Shown in pieces: positions 57,497 through 64,000 of a stretch of DNA of 64,000 nucleotides (within the stretch, counting starts at the first letter, position 1; each line of letters opens with the position of its first letter). The position numbers were made by a program, and so were the translations under genes. The DNA is from Cyclobacteriaceae bacterium (lineage in GTDB: Bacteria; Bacteroidota; Bacteroidia; Cytophagales; Cyclobacteriaceae). Location: positions 68,802 to 132,801 of the forward strand of contig JBGALO010000005.1 of assembly GCA_044223825.1 (NCBI GenBank), read 5' to 3'. The notes under the pieces are model-generated. The model was given only the letters and a program-made list of their open reading frames with translations, did no database searches and was not told the DNA's origin.

Positions 57497-58258
57497 ATGC
57501 GACCCTACATCCTCGTCGAAAACAATTGGAAGACCGTCAAAGACACGCAATATGACCTTGCGATCCTTCCCTGGGGCGCGACTGAAGCGCATAATTATCA
57601 CATGCCCTACGGCACCGACATCATCGAAGCAGAACACATCGCGGCGGAGTCGGCACGTATCGCGTGGGAGCGAGGAGCGAAAGTCATTGTGTTGCCGGTT
57701 ATTCCTTTTGGAGTCAATACCGGTCAGTCAGACGTGAAGCTTGATATCAACATGAATCCGAGCACGCAGCTTGCCGTGTTACGCGACATAATAGAAGTAT
57801 TGGACCGGCAGGTTATCCATAAGCTGATCATCTTAAATAGTCATGGTGGCAATGATTTCAGGACGATGATCCGCGAGCTAGGACTAAAGTTTCCAAACAT
57901 GTTCCTGGCGCAATGCAACTGGTTTCAGTCCATCGATCAGAAATTGTTTTTTGAAAACAAGGATGACCATGCCGGTGAAATGGAAACAAGTCTTGTCATG
58001 CACCTCACACCAAACCTTGTTCGCCCATTGAGTGAAGCCGGAGACGGCGCTGCAAAAAAATTCCGGTTCACTGCAATGCAGGAAGGCTGGGCGTGGGCGG
58101 AGCGCAAATGGACACAGGTTACCAAGGACACGGGAGTAGGCGATCCGCGCAAAGCGTCAGCTGAAAAGGGAGCGAAGTATTTTAAAGCTGTGACAGAAAA
58201 AGTAGCGCAGTTATTTTATGAGGTGGCGAAGACAGACAAAAAAGATTTCTACGTCTAG
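57497..58258 (+). CDS. creatininase family amidohydrolase
   Basis: PWGATEAHNYHMPYGTD, NSHGGN, DHAGEMETS and GVGDPRKAS motifs. Confidence 0.92.
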   Translation: MRPYILVENNWKTVKDTQYDLAILPWGATEAHNYHMPYGTDIIEAEHIAAESARIAWERGAKVIVLPVIPFGVNTGQSDVKLDINMNPSTQLAVLRDIIEVLDRQVIHKLIILNSHGGNDFRTMIRELGLKFPNMFLAQCNWFQSIDQKLFFENKDDHAGEMETSLVMHLTPNLVRPLSEAGDGAAKKFRFTAMQEGWAWAERKWTQVTKDTGVGDPRKASAEKGAKYFKAVTEKVAQLFYEVAKTDKKDFYV

Positions 58259-58264
58259 TTCCAA

Positions 58265-58364
58265 GCAGAGTCTCCCGTCAGGGGACTCTGCGAAAACTCA
58301 GATCGCCTCTTAATTTGAACAATTGATGCAACACGTGCAGAGTCCGCAAAACGCGAGACTCTGC
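58265..58364. repeat. two hairpins with identical GCAGAGTC/GACTCTGC stems (BIME-like)
   Basis: Stems at 58265-58291 and 58337-58364, between convergent genes. Confidence 0.8.
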
Positions 58365-58370
58365 TGCGAA

Positions 58371-58952
58371 TCACTTCTTCGGTGGATCAATCATAATATG
58401 CGCCCTGTGCGTCCCTGGATTCATGATCCAAGGCATACCTGGTGCGCCGGGTTTGGCTGGTAAACCGGTGCTTTCCGGCGTTGCATATGGAATGTAGACT
58501 ACAGATCTTGAATAACCGTTTGTGACTTGTCCGGTTTGTTCATCGTATTTATCGGCAGTAAAAACAACCAGGTTCGCTGGAGCGGTATTCATTTTCAATT
58601 TTCCGGCTTTGACTTCCGCCTCACGTATCTCAAAAACCTGGTCAAACGTTTTTCCTTCTTTCTTCAACTGACGTCCACGCGCCATGAAGGGTTCGAGACT
58701 CTTATGATAGCATGAAACGCTGATGCCATTCTGCGAAGGATCATCCGCAAGGCATACCAGTTCATTTTCACCTTTTCGTAAGACGATAAAATCGCCCTTC
58801 GGTGAATACCCATACACCATGGCTTTCTCCTTCGCCTCCTCCGGCGCAGCAAGCAACGCAACTTTGATCTGAGTCTCTGGTGATGGAATGTTTGTCTGAG
58901 CTGATGCAAGCGTTGTCAGGATCACCAAGAGAATAATGGATATGTATTTCAT
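58371..58952 (-). CDS. exported hypothetical protein
   Basis: Signal peptide MKYISIILLVILTTLASA; C-terminal PWIMNPGTHRAHIMI. Start moved to 58952. Confidence 0.72.
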   Translation of the reverse strand: MKYISIILLVILTTLASAQTNIPSPETQIKVALLAAPEEAKEKAMVYGYSPKGDFIVLRKGENELVCLADDPSQNGISVSCYHKSLEPFMARGRQLKKEGKTFDQVFEIREAEVKAGKLKMNTAPANLVVFTADKYDEQTGQVTNGYSRSVVYIPYATPESTGLPAKPGAPGMPWIMNPGTHRAHIMIDPPKK

Positions 58953-58969
58953 AGTCGTGGGTTCAATAA

Positions 58970-59001
58970 TCTTCAAATTTCCAAATCTTCAAATTTTCGA
59001 A
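58970..59001. repeat. four degenerate octamer tandem repeats
   Basis: TCTTCAAA TTTCCAAA TCTTCAAA TTTTCGAA. Confidence 0.55.
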
Positions 59002-59007
59002 TTGTTT

Positions 59008-60873
59008 TTACCAACCTATCCCATAATCCTCCCCGTGATTGCTCGAACCTCCCCAGAAACTTCCATGTGCCCAATCAAACCAGATCGCATTGATCGGTCC
59101 ACTCGTTCTATCTTGATAGGAGAGTTTGTATCCCATCCGCGTGAGGTCCTTTCTCACCCATGGTGGCATCGCACTGTTAAGGGTTAATCCGCCCGGTACT
59201 TTTTCATGATCGCCAAAGCTTGAGTACATCTGGAATGTTTTGAAGCTCGGAGCCTCGCAAGACTCCTGGACCGTCATTCCAAATTCAACAATGTTTAAGA
59301 AGAATTGCAACAGCAGTTGATCCTGTTCATCACCCGCCTGTTTTGCAAAGGAGAGGAATGGTTTGCCATCTTTTAGTGCCATACTGGGAGTAAGCGTTAC
59401 GCGTGGACGTTTTCCCGGCTCGACGACATTAAACGGACTTTCATTTGCATCCAATACAAATGACTGCATGCGCTGACTCATACCAATGCCAGTATTTCCG
59501 GCAATGCAGGATGGAACCCATCCACCGCTGGGTGTGATTGATACAACCCAACCCTCCTTATCTGTTGCCTCGACTGATGTGGTTCCGGCGGCGAAGTTTT
59601 CAAGAAACTTTTCATTGAACGGGTTGTTCAAAATACTCAGTGATGCCTGTGACGTGCCCCACTTTTTCAGAACATCATTGAAAGGGTTTTGCCTTCCTTC
59701 GAAGGGATAGGGATCACCGGGGCCTGCCTTCACATCATTCATTTCCCAATTGATGCTCTTCACTCGCTCTTTCGCATATTCTTTTGACAACAATCCCTTC
59801 ATTGGCTGTTCGCTTTTCGCGAAAGCAGGATCGCCGTAATAAAAATCACGATCTGCAAAAGCAAGGTTCATAGCCTGATACAACGTGTGGATGTAGCGTG
59901 TTGAATTGTACCCCATGCTTTTGAGATCAAAATTTTCGAGAATGTTGAGTGTCTGAAGCAGCGCCGGACCTTGTGTCCACTGTTGGAGCTTATAGACTTC
60001 AATGCCCTTGTACGTTGTCATCAACGGCTCCTCGATCTTGACTTTCCAGTTTGCGAGATCCTGTTCTGTTATCAATCCACCTTGTTCTTGCGATCCTCTC
60101 GCAAATTCTTTGGCTATATCTCCTTTATAGAACCGATCATAAGCTGCATAGATTGCCTCCTTACGACTCTTTCCTTTCTTTAAAGCCTGCTGCTCGGCTT
60201 CTACCATCTTTTGAAGAGTTGAAAGCAAATCCTTCTGAACAAAAATTTCTCCGGCATCCGGTGCTTCTCTCTTAGAACCGAGATGCGGCAAAAACACCTT
60301 CGTAGAATATGGCCACTTCTTGATTTCATCTTTTCCTCTTTCGATGGAATTGGCAGTCTGCGCTTCTATCGGATAACCCTCTGCAAGTTGCATCGCGGGA
60401 GTCAATACATCTTTAAGACTCATCGTTCCATATTCCGCAAGGATCGTCATCAAACCGCCTGGCGTTCCCGGGGTGACTGCAGCAAGCGGACCATATTGTG
60501 GCGGATATTTCATGCCCTTCCCCTTAAAAAATTCTGGCGTCGCACCGGTTGGCGCAACACCCAATGCATTGATGGCAATGACTTTCTTTGTTTTAGGATT
60601 ATAAATGAGGGCTTGAGTTTCGCCACCCCAGGCAAGTACATCCCACATTGTGCACGTGGCTGCGAGCATTGCACACGATGCATCGACTGCATTTCCTCCT
60701 TTACTGAATATCATCGCACCGGCTGTTGCAGCAAGCGGTTTACCAGTGATAGCCATCCAATGCTTTCCGTGCAGGGGAGGCTTTTGTGTCGTTACTGGAA
60801 AGTTGTTGAATGACTGACTGTGCGCGCTTAGAGTAGCGACACTTATCAGCAGGAGCGTTATATATTTTCCCAT
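59008..60873 (-). CDS. ggt: gamma-glutamyltransferase family (Ntn-hydrolase), exported
   Basis: GGNAVDA, VTPGTPG, LAFADRD, autoproteolysis site G-TTSV..D, PGKRPRVTLTP and GDEQDQ motifs. Confidence 0.9.
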   Translation of the reverse strand: MGKYITLLLISVATLSAHSQSFNNFPVTTQKPPLHGKHWMAITGKPLAATAGAMIFSKGGNAVDASCAMLAATCTMWDVLAWGGETQALIYNPKTKKVIAINALGVAPTGATPEFFKGKGMKYPPQYGPLAAVTPGTPGGLMTILAEYGTMSLKDVLTPAMQLAEGYPIEAQTANSIERGKDEIKKWPYSTKVFLPHLGSKREAPDAGEIFVQKDLLSTLQKMVEAEQQALKKGKSRKEAIYAAYDRFYKGDIAKEFARGSQEQGGLITEQDLANWKVKIEEPLMTTYKGIEVYKLQQWTQGPALLQTLNILENFDLKSMGYNSTRYIHTLYQAMNLAFADRDFYYGDPAFAKSEQPMKGLLSKEYAKERVKSINWEMNDVKAGPGDPYPFEGRQNPFNDVLKKWGTSQASLSILNNPFNEKFLENFAAGTTSVEATDKEGWVVSITPSGGWVPSCIAGNTGIGMSQRMQSFVLDANESPFNVVEPGKRPRVTLTPSMALKDGKPFLSFAKQAGDEQDQLLLQFFLNIVEFGMTVQESCEAPSFKTFQMYSSFGDHEKVPGGLTLNSAMPPWVRKDLTRMGYKLSYQDRTSGPINAIWFDWAHGSFWGGSSNHGEDYGIGW

Positions 60874-60898
60874 ACCGGATAAAAAGTTTAGGTATAAT

Positions 60899-60906
60899 CA
60901 AAGATA
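60899..60906 (-). promoter_or_regulatory. -7 box for ggt
   Basis: Minus strand reads TATCTTTG, 25 bp upstream of the ATG. Confidence 0.68.
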
Positions 60907-60989
60907 ATGATTGGCTTCAAGAATCTGTCGGCTTTGTGACAAGGGGAAAAAGAAGCGTTGAAGCGAATATTTAACCGTGATTTTGAGGT

Positions 60990-60997
60990 TATATTTG
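60990..60997 (+). promoter_or_regulatory. -7 box for purine nucleoside phosphorylase
   Basis: TATATTTG, 21 bp upstream of ATG 61019. Confidence 0.7.
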
Positions 60998-61018
60998 ACC
61001 ATTACTCAAGTATAAGTT

Positions 61019-61834
61019 ATGCTACAAGAGATCAAAGAAGCTGCATCTTTTATTCATCAGCATGGAATTACAGAGCCGAAAGTCGGCGTTATTTTAGGCA
61101 CTGGTCTTGGCGACCGCTTCGTGAAGGAGATAAAGAATCCTGTCGTCATTAATTATAATTCGATTCCACATTTTCCGGTATCTACCGTTGAGTTCCATCG
61201 TGGAAAGCTCATCTATGGAACGATCAAAGGAAAAAAAGTCCTCGCCATGCAGGGAAGGTTCCATTATTATGAGGGATACAACATGCAACAGATAACGTTG
61301 CCTGTTCGCGTAATGAAGATGCTTGGCGTTGAAAACCTGCTGATATCCAATGCAGCAGGCAATATGAACATGAAATGGAAGAAAGGTCAGCTCATGCTGA
61401 TCGATGACCACATCAACCTTCAGCCCGACAATCCCCTGCGTGGAGAAAACTTTGAAGTGCTTGGACCCCGTTTTCCGGACATGAGCAGACCTTACGCGCC
61501 CGATCTTAACAAGAAGTTAGTTAAGCTCGCAAAGAAAGCTGGTATCAAACTGAACGTAGGTGTTTATGCCGGCGTTACCGGCCCGAATCTGGAGACACGT
61601 GCGGAATATAGATTTCTGCGCACCATCGGAGCGGATGTAGTCGGAATGAGTACAGTACCCGAAGTCATCGTTGCAAATCATATGGGGCTGCCTTGCTGTG
61701 CGATTTCAGTTCTTACCGACGACTGTGATCCCGACAATCTTAAGCCTGCCACCATTTCCGAGATTGTCAAGGTTGCCCAAAAGGCTGAATCAAAGCTCAC
61801 GGAGCTGTACGTAGGTCTGATCGCGCATTTGTAA
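61019..61834 (+). CDS. punA: purine-nucleoside phosphorylase (trimeric type)
   Basis: ILGTGLG, QGRFHYYEG, SNAAG, GPNLETRAE and VGMSTVPEV motifs. Confidence 0.95.
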   Translation: MLQEIKEAASFIHQHGITEPKVGVILGTGLGDRFVKEIKNPVVINYNSIPHFPVSTVEFHRGKLIYGTIKGKKVLAMQGRFHYYEGYNMQQITLPVRVMKMLGVENLLISNAAGNMNMKWKKGQLMLIDDHINLQPDNPLRGENFEVLGPRFPDMSRPYAPDLNKKLVKLAKKAGIKLNVGVYAGVTGPNLETRAEYRFLRTIGADVVGMSTVPEVIVANHMGLPCCAISVLTDDCDPDNLKPATISEIVKVAQKAESKLTELYVGLIAHL

Positions 61835-61838
61835 CAGC

Positions 61839-61865
61839 GCAACCTTTATCGCGTTATAGGTGTCT
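61839..61865 (+). promoter_or_regulatory. candidate ECF-sigma promoter
   Basis: GCAACC-N16-TGTCT, 20 bp upstream of ATG 61886. Confidence 0.45.
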
Positions 61866-61885
61866 TATACCCCAAATAAGACCCC

Positions 61886-62752
61886 ATGAAACCAATTTTA
61901 TCCGTTTTCAGCCTATTTCTGGCATTTTCGTCTTTTGCGCAGACAAAGAACGAAGGTGAATATCATGTTGACAGGGACTACAAGATCAGCCCTACCGGCA
62001 CCCTTCGCCTGAACTGCTCCGATGCAAAAGTTTATATCACTGGCTCATCGCGATCGAATGCACATGTCAAAATAGATCGCGTTGTTACCACAAAAGGTAT
62101 CAGCTTTGGACACGATGAGTTTAGCGTTGATATTTCCGAACAAGCGGGCGACCTCGAGATACGCGAGCATTCCAACTCGGTGTCGGTAGGTATGATCGGA
62201 TATCATTATGAAAAATATACGATCAACATTGACCTTCCCCAGGGCACGAGCCTTCAGGTGAAGGGAGATGATGGCGATTACTGGCTGAAGAATGTCGATG
62301 GCGCTATATCGCTTGTTCTTGATGATGCGGACGTCGAACTAAGCCAATGTTCCGGCAACAAATTTTATTTCAGAATAGATGACGGTGATATTCGAATGGA
62401 TGAGGGAAAAGGAAGTCTTGAGATCGATGGCGATGACGCTGATGTTGAGATAAAGAACGGTAACTTTGATTTCGTAGAAGCAAAACTTGATGATGGCGAC
62501 CTCATCATTGAGACCGCATTGTCAGACAAAGGCGAATACCGCATTAACGCACAGGATGGTTTGATCGCATTTACAGTAACGAAAGGCGGTGGCAAATTCG
62601 ATATCCGACATGACGATGGCCGTGTTACCACAGACGGAGATTTCACTACAGAAGAAGACAGTGAAAACTGGACGCGTGTAACAGCTTCAAATGGCACCGC
62701 CCGTGTCGACATCCGTGCCGACGACGCAAGGGTGAAACTGATCAAGAGATAA
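61886..62752 (+). CDS. DUF4097-like beta-strand repeat (adhesin-type) exported protein
   Basis: Signal peptide followed by repeated [I/V]xxDDGD[I/V]x[I/L] beta-solenoid units. Confidence 0.8.
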   Translation: MKPILSVFSLFLAFSSFAQTKNEGEYHVDRDYKISPTGTLRLNCSDAKVYITGSSRSNAHVKIDRVVTTKGISFGHDEFSVDISEQAGDLEIREHSNSVSVGMIGYHYEKYTINIDLPQGTSLQVKGDDGDYWLKNVDGAISLVLDDADVELSQCSGNKFYFRIDDGDIRMDEGKGSLEIDGDDADVEIKNGNFDFVEAKLDDGDLIIETALSDKGEYRINAQDGLIAFTVTKGGGKFDIRHDDGRVTTDGDFTTEEDSENWTRVTASNGTARVDIRADDARVKLIKR

Positions 62753-62847
62753 TCGACAGGCCAACTATAACTGTCGAAGTGGCGCACCCGGATTCTCAAT
62801 TCTTTTTTTGCGGGCTTTGCGACGTTGCGTGAGAGTTCATTAAATCA

Positions 62848-62882
62848 GGAAACCCGCCGGCATGCCAGCGGGTTTTCCTTTT
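62848..62882. terminator. Rho-independent terminator between convergent genes
   Basis: Stem AAACCCGC/GCGGGTTT followed by a T-rich tract. Confidence 0.75.
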
Positions 62883-62973
62883 CCCTATGAAGAAGAAATA
62901 CTTTTTACTGATGTTTATTATGTATTTCTCCGGCTACAACTCACCGCCTCTCGAATGACGGTAAGCATGGAGC

Positions 62974-64000
62974 TCAATTGAATAGAATCGTGCTTACATC
63001 TTCCCAGGCGATGTATTTCGGCTCGTCTTTTCCTGCAAAAACGAGTACGCCCTGGTTAAGCTCCCCCACATCCTGCGATTCTGCCAGCGATAAATTTTCT
63101 CCATTCCTCAGCTCCACAGTCACTTTATCGCGGGTCTTGATTGTGATCTTTTTTACGTTGCGCAACGGTATGGCAAAATCAATGTCAGCCTCCTTCCCCT
63201 GGTACAATTCGAAGTCATATGCCTCGTCAAGGTCAAGGATAATTTTTCCTGATATAGATTTGCCATCCTTGGTAGTGACGGTTGCTGATATCTCTTTCTG
63301 GGCTCTGAAGTCATCATAGCGCCTCAACGGTTTAGCGGGGGCATCGGCAAAGTTTACGCGCTTGAATTCGTCCCACGGTACATCGACGATTGCGCCGCTC
63401 TCGGTGGTTATAATAATGCCACGGTTGCCGGAATTCACATCGTTCGACCCACGCATGTCCAGTTGCCTGCCTGATTTCAATGTGACACTGGTGTGATTCA
63501 TTGAACGTTCAAGGGTCTTTATTTTCTCAAAGAGCAGATGGACCTTTCCGTCTTCGGCATCGCCATCCAATTTGTCAGTCGTCAGTCTTTCATCATGGTC
63601 CCATTGAATGTAACCCGTAAACGATTTTGAATAGGCATCCACGGTACCGTACAGTGGCATCCCGAATTTTTGCGCAAGCTTGGCCGGTGTCGCCTTGAAT
63701 TCGATCTTTTCAATATCGTGCCACTCAATTTGCAATTCGCCGATCTCTTGATCGATCACCCTGATATCCGATCCGATATCATTATATCCTTGTCCCTTCA
63801 CATCGACTTTGATGCCACTTTGAAGTTCGACCTCCACGAGATTTCTGCTCACGATCCTGACGCTTTTGATTTCACCAAACTGACAACTGAATTGATGCGT
63901 GAAATCATTGTTTTCATCGTTCCAGCTTATCAATCGCCAATTGGAAGATCCGGAAAAGTGCCGGTGAGACCAATGAAGCTGATCATCCAGCTTGTCGCGC
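62974..64000 (-). CDS. hypothetical protein with about three internal ~110-aa repeats (5' partial)
   Basis: Frame is open to the window edge (RDKLDDQLHWSHRH...LISWNDE). The repeats share G.I..D.DE...G....I.F..IK......V.L..G....L..S.DV...N.G...V.W.. Confidence 0.75.
   Translation of the reverse strand, partial: RDKLDDQLHWSHRHFSGSSNWRLISWNDENNDFTHQFSCQFGEIKSVRIVSRNLVEVELQSGIKVDVKGQGYNDIGSDIRVIDQEIGELQIEWHDIEKIEFKATPAKLAQKFGMPLYGTVDAYSKSFTGYIQWDHDERLTTDKLDGDAEDGKVHLLFEKIKTLERSMNHTSVTLKSGRQLDMRGSNDVNSGNRGIIITTESGAIVDVPWDEFKRVNFADAPAKPLRRYDDFRAQKEISATVTTKDGKSISGKIILDLDEAYDFELYQGKEADIDFAIPLRNVKKITIKTRDKVTVELRNGENLSLAESQDVGELNQGVLVFAGKDEPKYIAWEDVSTILFN

Overview
A 64-kb stretch of mostly core chromosome from a Bacteroidota organism, probably Cytophagales. 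This is inferred from gldD/gldE, TAnnTTTG -7 promoter boxes, and the rpsU-xerC-hpf and HU-TPR-bS22-rne gene orders. It holds about 57 protein-coding genes: nucleotide-sugar synthesis (ugd, UDP-GlcA decarboxylase, rfbB, rfbA), housekeeping genes (metK, lipB, htpG, RNase E/G, ssb, recG), peptidoglycan turnover (dacB, NagZ-like GH3, SLT), hutG/hutF, several peptidases, and two TonB-dependent receptors flanking two lipoproteins. I saw no rRNA, tRNA, CRISPR array, transposase or prophage. The strongest new signal is at 44.0-52.6 kb. Three promoters (TBDR1, the beta-helix lipoprotein, and the Oar-like TBDR2) share 11-bp-phased NTAA(A/C/T) direct repeats, and each ends in GTAAT exactly 15 bp before the start of its -7 box. 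This suggests a SusD-independent outer-membrane uptake regulon under an OmpR/PhoB-type regulator. Other notable items are a mutY lacking its catalytic N-terminus, a coupled pair of small membrane ORFs inserted between gldE and gldD, a putative LysR operator overlapping the regulator's own stop codon, a propeller/Y_Y_Y sensor with no output domain, tandem TM-coiled-coil paralogues, a 7-bp VNTR, and several intergenic palindrome families. All calls are from motif recognition by eye; no database search was run.
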